A DNA stretch of 64,000 bases, from positions 37,830-101,829 of the forward strand of contig CAYWPX010000006.1 in assembly GCA_964460615.1 (NCBI GenBank), read 5' to 3'. The translations under genes and the position numbers were made by a program. Each line of letters starts with the position of its first letter. Position 1 is the first letter of the stretch. This DNA is from an uncultured Planctomycetia bacterium (lineage in GTDB: Bacteria; Omnitrophota; Gorgyraeia; CAYWPX01). Below the pieces are notes generated by a model. It was not told the origin of the DNA. It saw only the letters and a program-made list of their open reading frames with translations, and did no database searches. Positions 45,728 through 54,971 of this stretch are shown here, in pieces.

Positions 45728-47809
45728 TCATCCTACTTTAATAAAATCGATATTCTTGCCAAAACGGCTTTTAAGGCTTTCTTTTAAAACAATATTCCTG
45801 CTTTCGTTTAAGCCGGGATCATTTTTTACTATTTCGAATGCTTCCAATCTTGCTTCTTCAAGGATCTTGGCATCTCTGATAATATCGCCGAATCTAAGCT
45901 CCGGCACCCCATGCTGCTTTGTTCCAAAAAATTCCCCTGATCCGCGCAACTTGAGGTCCTCTTCGGCGATGTCAAATCCGTCCCTTGAATCAGTGATCGC
46001 TTTTATTCTTCTTCTGGCTTCTTCGCTTTTGGGGTTTGATATAAGAATACAATATGACTCATGCTCGCCTCTCCCAACCCTGCCTCTGAGCTGATGAAGC
46101 TGAGCTAAGCCGAACATCTCGGCGTTCTCTATGACCATAATAGTGGCATTCTCGACATCTATACCAACCTCAATAACAACGGTCGAAACTAAAATATCTA
46201 CCTTGCCTTTTTTAAAATCAAAAAAAACTTTTTCTTTCTCTTTTGATGATAACCTTCCATGGATAAGGCCTACTTTAAGATCCTTAAATTCGGAATCCTT
46301 TAGTTCGGAGTACATCAATAAGGCTGACTTAGTATCAGAAATTTCACCTGCTTCAATTTTTGGATAAACAATGTATGCCTGCCTTCCTTTTTTCACCTCT
46401 TCTTTAATAAAATCATACACCTTTTTCCGCCTGGATTCTTCTACCCAATAGGTCTGGGTATCAACCCTCCCGGGCAGCTTGTCTTTTAATATTGAGATAT
46501 CCAAATCCCCGTAAATAGTAAGCGCCAGGCTTCTGGGTATAGGAGTAGCCGTCATGATCAATACGTCAGGGCTTGTCCCTTTAGAAAGTATAGCCTGACG
46601 CTGTGTTACCCCGAATTTGTGCTGCTCGTCCACTACAACAGCTCCGAGTTTTTGGAATTCAATATCTTCTTCCAAAAGCGCATGGGTCCCGATTATGATA
46701 TCGCACTCGCCCTTTTTTAGATCATCTTTGATAGTCTTTTTCTCTTCGGATGAGGTACCGCCAACAAGAAGCCTTATATCAGCATCTAACTTCATAAAAA
46801 ATTCATTCAAAGTAACATAATGTTGTCTGGCTAATATCTCTGTAGGAGCCAATATTGCTGCCTGGAAGCCGTTTGAAACCGAAAGCGCCAGTGCATGCGC
46901 GCTGACCACCGTCTTGCCGCTTCCGACATCTCCCTCCAGAAGACGATTCATAGGCCTCTCGGATCTCATATCTTTTTCTATATCTGCGACTGCTTCTAGC
47001 TGACTTTTTGTAAGTACAAGTTTTATATTCCTTTTGAAATTGTCATATAACTCGCCTTCAAGGCTATGTTTAATCCCCGCTTCGGATTTAATCTCAATTT
47101 TTTTAAGCGCTATTGCAAGCTCGAGAAGAAAAAATTCTTCGAATATCAGCCTTCTATAGGCCATAGATAGATTATTAATACTGGCAGGAAAATGGATATT
47201 CGAAATAGCGAATTTTATATCTGCGAGCTTATACTTAGCCCGTAAATTCACAGGAAGATTCTCCTCCAGTTGATTGGAGAATTTATTCAATGCCTCATGG
47301 ATAACGGACCTCAGGAATCTGGACCCGATAGTTTTTGTCTCATGATATTTGGGAACGATCCTAAGAGAATGAAGGAATTTGTCCTTATCCAAAGACACTA
47401 TTTCAAATTCAGGATTGGTCATCTGTTTTACCTTGAACAATTGCACCTTGCCATAAAGAACGACCTCATCCCCGACTTTAAAATATTTTTTCAAAAATGG
47501 CTGGTTAAACCAAAGAGCTTCGAGCCTGGCGGTGTTGTCGCTGACGACCATTTTAAAAATATTCATTCCGCTCTTTGACCTCCAAACTCCGGAAAGAAGG
47601 ACCTTTCCCTTCACAAGCTGTGCTTCGTCAACTTTTAGATCCTTAATACTTATAAGCTCAGAGCGGTCCTCATGCCTTGAGGGCAGATAATAAAAAAGAT
47701 CCCCCAAAGTGGCTATCGAAGCCTCTTCTAAGAGACATTTTGCCCTTTTAGGGCCTACCCCCTTAATAAATTGGACCGGGGTACTTAGAATATTAATTTT
47801 TTGTTGCAT
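45728..47809 (-). CDS. recG: ATP-dependent DNA helicase RecG
   Basis: Wedge domain plus SF2 helicase: GDVGSGKT Walker A, DEQH, and the TATPIPRSLAL motif. Confidence 0.92.
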   Translation of the reverse strand: MQQKINILSTPVQFIKGVGPKRAKCLLEEASIATLGDLFYYLPSRHEDRSELISIKDLKVDEAQLVKGKVLLSGVWRSKSGMNIFKMVVSDNTARLEALWFNQPFLKKYFKVGDEVVLYGKVQLFKVKQMTNPEFEIVSLDKDKFLHSLRIVPKYHETKTIGSRFLRSVIHEALNKFSNQLEENLPVNLRAKYKLADIKFAISNIHFPASINNLSMAYRRLIFEEFFLLELAIALKKIEIKSEAGIKHSLEGELYDNFKRNIKLVLTKSQLEAVADIEKDMRSERPMNRLLEGDVGSGKTVVSAHALALSVSNGFQAAILAPTEILARQHYVTLNEFFMKLDADIRLLVGGTSSEEKKTIKDDLKKGECDIIIGTHALLEEDIEFQKLGAVVVDEQHKFGVTQRQAILSKGTSPDVLIMTATPIPRSLALTIYGDLDISILKDKLPGRVDTQTYWVEESRRKKVYDFIKEEVKKGRQAYIVYPKIEAGEISDTKSALLMYSELKDSEFKDLKVGLIHGRLSSKEKEKVFFDFKKGKVDILVSTVVIEVGIDVENATIMVIENAEMFGLAQLHQLRGRVGRGEHESYCILISNPKSEEARRRIKAITDSRDGFDIAEEDLKLRGSGEFFGTKQHGVPELRFGDIIRDAKILEEARLEAFEIVKNDPGLNESRNIVLKESLKSRFGKNIDFIKVG

Positions 47810-47963
47810 AATAAGTAGATTTATGTTAATATTTGGAGACTTATTTTAGTGATATTTTACCATAAAATTTCGCTAATACACTAAAAAATGCTATAAATCA
47901 TAACTAGAGAATTTCAATAAAGCAGGTTTGAAATATACTCAAAATGAAAGAAGAGGAGAAAAA

Positions 47964-48215
47964 ATGTCAAGAGTTTGTGAGATTTGCGGAAAACACACCC
48001 AATCCGGATACCAAATTAAACGCAGAGGTTTAGCAAAGAAAAAAGGCGGTGTCGGCAGAAAAATTACAGGTAAAACTTTAAGAAAATACCTTCCGAATCT
48101 TAAAAAAGTCAAAGCGCTTGTTAAAGGCACTGTAATGACAATGACTGTCTGCACAAAATGTCTCAAAAAAGGCAAAGTACAGAAAGCCCCTAAGAGAAAT
48201 TACGTAAAACCTTAA
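47964..48215 (+). CDS. rpmB: 50S ribosomal protein L28
   Basis: MSRVCEICGKHTQSGYQIKRRG...KTLRKYLPNLKKVKAL matches the L28 consensus. The start is placed at the internal ATG (47964), which is preceded by AGGAGAA. The ORF-track start at 47928 lacks an RBS. Confidence 0.85.
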   Translation: MSRVCEICGKHTQSGYQIKRRGLAKKKGGVGRKITGKTLRKYLPNLKKVKALVKGTVMTMTVCTKCLKKGKVQKAPKRNYVKP

Positions 48216-48239
48216 GAAATTTGTATATTAACTTATTTT

Positions 48240-48279
48240 AAAACCCCTTTTATTTAATTAAAAGGGGTTTTGTTTTGTT
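48240..48279 (+). terminator. Rho-independent terminator of rpmB
   Basis: AAAACCCCTTTT-atttaatt-AAAAGGGGTTTT hairpin followed by GTTTTGTT, with further T-runs to ~48300. Confidence 0.8.
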
Positions 48280-48325
48280 AGGCGGCTTTTTATTTTTTTT
48301 GTTTTGTTTGTAATGCTTCTTTTAA

Positions 48326-48381
48326 GTACTGTGTACTGTGTACTGTGTACTGTGTACTGTGTACTGTGTACTGTGTACTGT
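48326..48381. repeat. Perfect tandem heptamer array (GTACTGT)x8
   Basis: Read directly: eight uninterrupted GTACTGT units ending 2 nt before the stop codon of the minus-strand hydrolase gene and ~45 nt after the rpmB terminator. Confidence 0.95.
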
Positions 48382-48383
48382 CT

Positions 48384-49253
48384 TTATTTCATCGTCTCAA
48401 AAAACCATGTCATTATCAGTTCTTGCATCCTCTGGGGATATTGCTCGATAAGGCGCTCCGAATGAAACCCGCCTTTAATTATCTCTATCTTCTTCTCCGT
48501 ATCGAGAGCGCTAAAAAGTTTTTTTGAATGACGGTCTTTTATTATCCAGTCATTATCTCCATGGATAAATAGAATTGAAGTATTTTTTATCTTACCTATG
48601 GAATCAATAGGGTCTTTCTTTTTTAAAAATATGCTATCTGCCTTTGCGCCTTTTCCTTCCCACTTGCAATCAATATTATCAATAAGATCACTTAACATCC
48701 CCGGTTCCCAAAAATGAAAATCTATTGCGCTAAATTTTGAAGGAGTGCTTATTAAAACCATACTCTCGATATCATTTCTCCTGGCTGCGACATTTATTGA
48801 AGTGGCTGCTCCCAAAGAAAAAGCTAAAATACCGATATGCCTGTAGCCATTTAATTTTGCATAATCCAAAATAGCGTTCAAGTCCTCATCCTCTTTAAGA
48901 GTCCAGGTAAATTTACCGGAGCTTTCGCCATGTCCCCTAAAATCAAAGATAATTACATCATACACCGGGTAGATCATATTAACGGATTTTATCATCCATC
49001 TATTTTTGAGGCTATTATAAAATCCCGGACATATAATTATAACTGAATCAGACCCTATCTTATAATTGTTTAAATAGATCTTTGTTCCGTCTTTAGTTGT
49101 TACCGTACCCGAGATGATTTCCTGACCATAAATACCCGGTACCATACTAATAAAAATAAAAAATAAAGCTACAATAAGCCGGTAAATAAAAAAATCCCGA
49201 AATTTATCGGGATAAGGAATTCTGTTGATCTCCTTTTTAAGAGGAATGTCCAT
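48384..49253 (-). CDS. Alpha/beta hydrolase with an N-terminal membrane anchor
   Basis: Nucleophile elbow GILAFSLGAATS (GxSxG), a later HGDND Asp and GGFHSE His. N-terminal TM helix. Confidence 0.7.
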   Translation of the reverse strand: MDIPLKKEINRIPYPDKFRDFFIYRLIVALFFIFISMVPGIYGQEIISGTVTTKDGTKIYLNNYKIGSDSVIIICPGFYNSLKNRWMIKSVNMIYPVYDVIIFDFRGHGESSGKFTWTLKEDEDLNAILDYAKLNGYRHIGILAFSLGAATSINVAARRNDIESMVLISTPSKFSAIDFHFWEPGMLSDLIDNIDCKWEGKGAKADSIFLKKKDPIDSIGKIKNTSILFIHGDNDWIIKDRHSKKLFSALDTEKKIEIIKGGFHSERLIEQYPQRMQELIMTWFFETMK

Positions 49254-49267
49254 AATATTTTTTCTAC

Positions 49268-50956
49268 TTAGAGCTCCCTGATGTCTTTAATATCAAGCTG
49301 AATTGTTTTGATCCCCTGCCAGCTATGTATCGAAGGCACATAGGCAATATTAAAAGGCGTATTTAAGCCGGGTACAAATTCGACCTGAGGCCCAAAACCT
49401 ATCGCCTCATAGGTATATTTCCCGTCAGTCACCCACATCTTTACTCCGGATTTACTGATTTTTTTCGGAGGAAGTTTAAGCTTAAGCTTGGACGAAGAAA
49501 AAAGCGGCCTTGGGTTCCCTATTCCAAATGGTGCCAACCTCGAGATGCCCTCAACCACACTTTCGCTTAATCCCCCGACAGGCATAGACATATCAATATC
49601 AAGTTTTGGAACAAGATGTTCGGGCGTCAGAATACCCTTTGCAATAGAATTAATATGTACCCTGAAGTCTTCTATCATATCCTTGTGTATGGATATCCCG
49701 CATGCGCTCTCATGCCCGCCAAAACCATCCAATAGATGTTCGCACTGCGAAATAGCATCAAATAAATGAAAATCTCTTATGCTTCTGGCAGATCCTTTGC
49801 CCTTATTAGCTTCTAAGGCGATCATAATAGTCGGTCTATAAAATCTTTCTACTATCCTTGAGGCTACTATGCCTATCACACCAGGATGCCAGGCTTCATT
49901 TTCAAGGACTATAACCTTGTGGTCAGTAAAATTAACCCTTGATTCTATCTGGCTAAGAGCGTCTTTTAAGATCTTCTCTTCGATATTTTGCCTAGAGCGA
50001 TTTTCCAAATTCAGTTTTTTAGCCAGCTCTTCCGCCTCAAGCTCGTCTTCAGTTGTCAATAGCCTTAGGGCTGTCTCCGGAGTGCTGATCCTTCCGACTG
50101 CATTTATCCTGGGGCCCAGTATATAACCAATATGAGTCGTATTAAGAGAATCGGACTTCAGGGATGACGCTTTCATAAGCGCTTTTAAGCCAATATTTTT
50201 TGTGTCTTTAAGCCCTTCTAAACCAAATTTTGTCAAGATCCTGTTTTCGCCTAACATATTGACAACATCGCTTACAGTCCCTATGGATACCAAATCCAGA
50301 TACTCATCCGCCAGGCTCCTTTTTCCAAAAAGCGCCCAGCATAGCTTGTAGACCAGTCCGACAGCTGCCAAATTTTTGAAATTATGAGCGCAACCCTCTT
50401 GGAAAGGATTAATAACTGCAAAGGCGTTGTGAGGAAAACTCTCTTTTTGGACACGGTGATGGTCAACTATGATCGCATCTATACCAACACTTTTTAGATA
50501 ATCAACTTCGACTTTGGAGCCGGTACCGCAATCTACCGCAATAAGAAGTTTGATATTTTTATCCGAAAGTTTTTTTAACGAGGTTATATTCATCCCATAT
50601 CCCTCGCTTAAACGATTTGGAATATATGTTATTACTTTAGCACCCATTCTGATAAGCACCCTAAAAAGAAGAGATGTGCTTGTTATGCCATCGGCATCAT
50701 AATCTCCGTATATGATGATATTTTGTTTTTTTAATATGGCCTCTTTGATCCTTACCACAGCCTTATCCATATCCTTAAGCAAAAATGGATCCGAGATATC
50801 TTCCATGGTTGGATTCAGAAAATTATTTGCTTCTTTGGGTGTTGTTATTTTACGGTTTATAAGTAACTGCGCAATGATAGGCGGTATTTTAAGGCTGCTT
50901 GTGAGGATAGCCTGAAGTGAAGGATTATCTTTTTTAATATTCCAGATTTTCTGCAT
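49268..50956 (-). CDS. recJ: Single-stranded-DNA-specific exonuclease RecJ
   Basis: DHH family motifs (IIYGDYDADGITS, AIIVDHH) with a DHHA1 domain and OB fold. Confidence 0.9.
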   Translation of the reverse strand: MQKIWNIKKDNPSLQAILTSSLKIPPIIAQLLINRKITTPKEANNFLNPTMEDISDPFLLKDMDKAVVRIKEAILKKQNIIIYGDYDADGITSTSLLFRVLIRMGAKVITYIPNRLSEGYGMNITSLKKLSDKNIKLLIAVDCGTGSKVEVDYLKSVGIDAIIVDHHRVQKESFPHNAFAVINPFQEGCAHNFKNLAAVGLVYKLCWALFGKRSLADEYLDLVSIGTVSDVVNMLGENRILTKFGLEGLKDTKNIGLKALMKASSLKSDSLNTTHIGYILGPRINAVGRISTPETALRLLTTEDELEAEELAKKLNLENRSRQNIEEKILKDALSQIESRVNFTDHKVIVLENEAWHPGVIGIVASRIVERFYRPTIMIALEANKGKGSARSIRDFHLFDAISQCEHLLDGFGGHESACGISIHKDMIEDFRVHINSIAKGILTPEHLVPKLDIDMSMPVGGLSESVVEGISRLAPFGIGNPRPLFSSSKLKLKLPPKKISKSGVKMWVTDGKYTYEAIGFGPQVEFVPGLNTPFNIAYVPSIHSWQGIKTIQLDIKDIREL

Positions 50957-50992
50957 GAAATTTCTTATTTCTTTTTTTGTAACACATGTAAA

Positions 50993-51036
50993 ATAAGCGA
51001 AGTATTTTGGCTAATGCCAAAAATAACTTCGCTTAT
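50993..51036. other. Long near-perfect hairpin between the recJ start and secDF stop
   Basis: ATAAGCGAAGTATTTTGGC-taat-GCCAAAA(a)TAACTTCGCTTAT, a ~19-bp stem with one bulge. Confidence 0.6.
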
Positions 51037-51051
51037 TCTAGCTTTAAGGAT

Positions 51052-53280
51052 CTACTTTATAGTATGGCCTTTTCTAAAGAACATGATAATAGGGCTTGAG
51101 ATAAATACCGTCGAATACACTCCTGCAAAAAAACCAACCAATAAACAAAAGGCAAAATTATTCAACACCTCTCCGCCAAATATAAACAGTATAGACGTAA
51201 CTATAAGCACCGTAAGAGTCGTTAAGAGAGTTCTACCCAGCATCTGATTGATAGTAAGGTTCAATATCTCCCCAAAAGAGCCTTTTTTCATCAGCTTAAG
51301 ATTTTCTCTGATCCTATCATATATGACTACAGTATCGTTTATGGAAAAACCGGCTATAGTAAGAAGTGCTGCCACTATAGTAAGGTCGAACTGCCTTCCG
51401 GTTATCGCCATTGCGCCTATAGCAATAAATATATCGTGCACTAGCCCAAATACGCCGGCAAATGCATAGACCATATTGAACCTTATAGCAACATATACAA
51501 AAATACCGAGCAACCCAAGCGCAATGGACCAAAAAGCGTTGGATCTCAGGTCTTTTCCTACTGCGGGCCCTACTGTTTCAATCCTTAGAACTTCATATTT
51601 ATTGTCAGGGAATAATTCATTGAACTTTCCTTCTATAAGCTTTGTCTCTTCTTTCTGCGTCTTGATCATTATCTCTTTGGAAGATTTTTCAATTCCCAGT
51701 TTGGATGAAGATTGTATAGAGATATCTCCTATCTTAAGCGTTTCTAAGGCAGCTCGTATTTTATTAATATCAACATCTTTTTGGAAGGCATACTGATACA
51801 TCGTTCCTCCAGAAAAATCTACACCATAGTTCCTGTCCCCTCTTTTCATGAAAGCAAAGAAGCCGACAAAAATAAAAATAACCGATAATATAATACAGAT
51901 GTCTCTCTTGCCGGCAAAATCAATTTTTGTAAGCTTTGGAAAAAATTGGAGCATTTTAAGCTTCTCAATCCTGTTGTTATTTAACAAGAGCTCAAATATA
52001 ACCCTGGTTACCGTTATTGAAGTAAAAAGGTTGGCTATAATACCGATTGAGAGCGTCAAAGCAAAACCTCTTATAGGACCCGTTCCGAACCTGAATAAAA
52101 GCGCTGCCGCAATAATGGTAGTTACATTTGAGTCAAATATCGCTGAAAAAGCTTTATGATATCCCGCCTGTATAGCGGCTCTTAAAGTCTTACCAAGATG
52201 GAGCTCTTCGCGGATCCTCTCATAAATAAGAACGTTCGCGTCCACCGCCATACCGATCGTTAAAATTAAACCCGCTATACCTGGTAAAGTAAGCGTCCCG
52301 TGAAAAAACCCTAAGCAACCAAGTATAATGAGCATGTTCAATGCTAGTGCTACGTTCGCAACAAATCCGGCAAATAAATAATATACCAACATAAAAATTA
52401 TTACAGCCACTGCACCTATAATTGAAGATCTTATACCTGATTGTATCGAATCCTGCCCCAAACCCGGGCCAACGGTTCTTTCTTCTTCTATGACCAAAGG
52501 ACACGGAAGTTTTCCTGAACGAAGAATAATAGCCAGGTCCTTAGCCTCATCAGTAGAAAAACTTCCGGAAATCTGGGCTCTACCCGAAGGAATTCTTTCT
52601 CTGATCACCGGTGCCGACTGAACGTTTCCGTCTAATACTATTGCCAAGCGTTTATCCACATTCTCGCCTGTAATTTTGGCAAATGTCTTAGAACCCTTTT
52701 CATTAAATACCAAAGATACCGTAGGCTCTCCCATTGACGATGCATTAAATTCTACTGTTGCGTCATTGATGGCATCACCGGTCAGAAGCGATTCACTTTT
52801 TAATAACAAAGGATCCGGGCCGATATATTTTAGCTCGTATCCAGCCGGGACATTACCGTCAAGCGCCTGCTTCAATAGATCGGGATTTTCGGAAACAAGT
52901 TTAAATTCCAGAAGTGCCGTCTTGCCTATAATATCAATAGCTCTCTGCCTGTCTGTAAAGCCTGGAAGCTGAACAACGATCCTATCTATGCCCTGCTTAG
53001 TGATAAACGGCTCTGAAACGCCGAATTTATCAATTCTATTTCTTACGATCTCAAGGGCTCTATCTATAGCCCCTTTTCTTTCTTGTTCACTAAGCTTCGA
53101 AGTATCAACCTTCAGCACTAAATGCATGCCGCCCTGCAGGTCAAGGCCTAAATTCAGTTTTCCCTTTTTTAACAGATTTCCATCCTTATCCTTAACGTCA
53201 AAAGGCGGTATGGAATAAAACAAAGCTACCAGAGCTACTGCTATGATAACTATTATCTTCCACTGTAAACCTTTATACAT
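51052..53280 (-). CDS. secDF: Fused protein-export membrane protein SecDF
   Basis: 742 aa. SecD periplasmic domain plus 6 TM, followed by a SecF-like second 6-TM module. Confidence 0.9.
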   Translation of the reverse strand: MYKGLQWKIIVIIAVALVALFYSIPPFDVKDKDGNLLKKGKLNLGLDLQGGMHLVLKVDTSKLSEQERKGAIDRALEIVRNRIDKFGVSEPFITKQGIDRIVVQLPGFTDRQRAIDIIGKTALLEFKLVSENPDLLKQALDGNVPAGYELKYIGPDPLLLKSESLLTGDAINDATVEFNASSMGEPTVSLVFNEKGSKTFAKITGENVDKRLAIVLDGNVQSAPVIRERIPSGRAQISGSFSTDEAKDLAIILRSGKLPCPLVIEEERTVGPGLGQDSIQSGIRSSIIGAVAVIIFMLVYYLFAGFVANVALALNMLIILGCLGFFHGTLTLPGIAGLILTIGMAVDANVLIYERIREELHLGKTLRAAIQAGYHKAFSAIFDSNVTTIIAAALLFRFGTGPIRGFALTLSIGIIANLFTSITVTRVIFELLLNNNRIEKLKMLQFFPKLTKIDFAGKRDICIILSVIFIFVGFFAFMKRGDRNYGVDFSGGTMYQYAFQKDVDINKIRAALETLKIGDISIQSSSKLGIEKSSKEIMIKTQKEETKLIEGKFNELFPDNKYEVLRIETVGPAVGKDLRSNAFWSIALGLLGIFVYVAIRFNMVYAFAGVFGLVHDIFIAIGAMAITGRQFDLTIVAALLTIAGFSINDTVVIYDRIRENLKLMKKGSFGEILNLTINQMLGRTLLTTLTVLIVTSILFIFGGEVLNNFAFCLLVGFFAGVYSTVFISSPIIMFFRKGHTIK

Positions 53281-53327
53281 TTATAATGCCTCCTTTAATA
53301 AGTTCATTACATAAGTTACTATATTGA

Positions 53328-53639
53328 TTAGGACTGTTTTTTGATAACTGCTATTGCGCTCTTCTGAAATTCGATCTTCACATTATCATCAACTCTTAAG
53401 ACGACTGTATTATCCTTAACATTGACGACTGTACCCAAGATCCCGCCTATTGTCACTACCTCATCATTCTTCTTTAGGCCGCCTACCATCTTTTCGTGTT
53501 CCGCCTGTTTTTTCTTTTGGGGCTTGATAAGGATAAAATAGAAAATGGCAAATATCATTGCCATCAGGATCATCTGCATCATTAAAGGATTCGGCGCATT
53601 AGGCGCTGGCGCTACCTGGGCAAACGGTAAAAAATTCAT
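53328..53639 (-). CDS. yajC: Preprotein translocase subunit YajC
   Basis: 103 aa, single TM helix, the conserved YajC motif ILIKPQKK, and the motif KKNDEVVTIGGILGTV. Upstream of secDF. Confidence 0.8.
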   Translation of the reverse strand: MNFLPFAQVAPAPNAPNPLMMQMILMAMIFAIFYFILIKPQKKKQAEHEKMVGGLKKNDEVVTIGGILGTVVNVKDNTVVLRVDDNVKIEFQKSAIAVIKKQS

Positions 53640-53656
53640 TTTTGAGTCTCCTATTT

Positions 53657-53717
53657 AGCTCATTCCTGCCTGCCGGCAGGCAGGGCTCATGGTTCATAGC
53701 TCATAGGGAAAAACCCT
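53657..53717. repeat. Intergenic repeat family A, copy 2
   Basis: tagctcatt-CCTGCCTGCCGGCAGGCAGG-gctcatggttcatagctcatag. The 20-bp core is a perfect palindrome. Between the tgt stop and yajC start. Confidence 0.85.
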
Positions 53718-53724
53718 AATAAAA

Positions 53725-54861
53725 CTATAAACCCTCGGAACAATAATCACTTTTAAACTTCTTTTTAAACTCCTCGAACTTTCCTTCTTCGATAGAGCAT
53801 CTGATTTTATCCATAAGTTTAACATAAAAATAAATATTATGCAACGAAACTAATCTAAGTCCGAGTATCTCATACGAATTGATTAAATGCCTTATATAGC
53901 TTCTCGTATAACCGCCTTTACATGCAATACAACCACAATCCTCTTCTATGACCTTAAAATCATCGGCATATTTGGCATTCCTAAGAATAACCTTACCTTT
54001 GAAACTAAAAGCGGTCCCGTTGCGGCCGTTTCTTGTGGGCATAACGCAGTCAAATATATCCGCTCCGTAAGTAACTCCTTCCAGGATATCTAAAGGAGTA
54101 CCTACTCCCATAACATAATGAGGCTTATCAAAAGGCAAAAGCGGCAAGGTATGGGCCATCACCTCATACATCAGCTCTTCCGGTTCCCCTACACTTACCC
54201 CGCCTATAGCATAGCCGTCAAAACCGATATTTACAATCTCTTCGGCGGACCTCTTTCTTAAATCCTTATACGTCCCGCCCTGGACTATTCCAAAAAGCAT
54301 CTGATCTTTTTGGCCATCCAGTAAAACCAGTTCATCAAACTTGAGCTTTGATCGTTTTGCCCAGTTTGTAGTAAGCTCCAGAGACTCTCTGACATAATCG
54401 ATCGTTGAAGGATATTTTACGCATTCATCTAAAGGCATTATTATGTCGCTTCCCAAAACATTTTTTTGAAAAGTGACCACGTCTTCAGGCCTCAAAAAAT
54501 GCTTAGCCCCATCAATGTGTGACTGAAACTGGACCCCGTCTTCTTTAAGTTTTACCAGTTGGGCCAGGCTGAATATCTGAAAGCCCCCGCTATCGGTCAA
54601 TATTAAGCGCGGCCAATTCATAAACTTATGAAGCCCTCCGGCTTTTTTGATAATTGATTCGGCCGGCCTTAGGTATAAATGATATGCGTTGGATAATATA
54701 CCCTCTACGTTACAATCAAGGAGGTCTTCTCTCGAAAGGGTCTTTACGGTAGACTGGGTCGCTACTGGAAAAAAGGCAGGCGTATTTACTTCGCCGTGTG
54801 GTGAAGTGATCTTTCCTGTTCTAGCTAATGTGGCTTTATCTTTTGATATTATTTTAAACAT
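53725..54861 (-). CDS. tgt: Queuine tRNA-ribosyltransferase
   Basis: TIM-barrel TGT motifs (LILTDSGGFQ), zinc site CGCIACKGGYTRSYIRHL...H. Confidence 0.92.
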   Translation of the reverse strand: MFKIISKDKATLARTGKITSPHGEVNTPAFFPVATQSTVKTLSREDLLDCNVEGILSNAYHLYLRPAESIIKKAGGLHKFMNWPRLILTDSGGFQIFSLAQLVKLKEDGVQFQSHIDGAKHFLRPEDVVTFQKNVLGSDIIMPLDECVKYPSTIDYVRESLELTTNWAKRSKLKFDELVLLDGQKDQMLFGIVQGGTYKDLRKRSAEEIVNIGFDGYAIGGVSVGEPEELMYEVMAHTLPLLPFDKPHYVMGVGTPLDILEGVTYGADIFDCVMPTRNGRNGTAFSFKGKVILRNAKYADDFKVIEEDCGCIACKGGYTRSYIRHLINSYEILGLRLVSLHNIYFYVKLMDKIRCSIEEGKFEEFKKKFKSDYCSEGL

Positions 54862-54870
54862 AATTGTATT

Positions 54871-54948
54871 AGCTCTTACCTGCCTGCCGGCAGGCAGGGC
54901 TCATTGCTCATGGCTCATAATTAGCGTTTTAGCTATGAACTATGAGCT
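54871..54948. repeat. Intergenic repeat family A, copy 3
   Basis: agctctta-CCTGCCTGCCGGCAGGCAGG-gctcattgctcatggctcataa ... agctatgaactatgagct (inverted copy of the CATAG unit). Between the queA stop and tgt start. Confidence 0.85.
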
Positions 54949-54971
54949 CACGTTATTCTTCGATAGTGTCG

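Noticed and set aside
47928-47963. N-terminal 12-codon extension of rpmB (MKYTQNERRGEK)
   Set aside because: No RBS precedes it. The internal ATG at 47964 is preceded by AGGAGAA, and the L28 consensus starts there.
48326-48381. GTACTGT array as a CRISPR array
   Set aside because: The 7-bp unit has no spacers and no cas genes nearby. It is a microsatellite-type tandem repeat.
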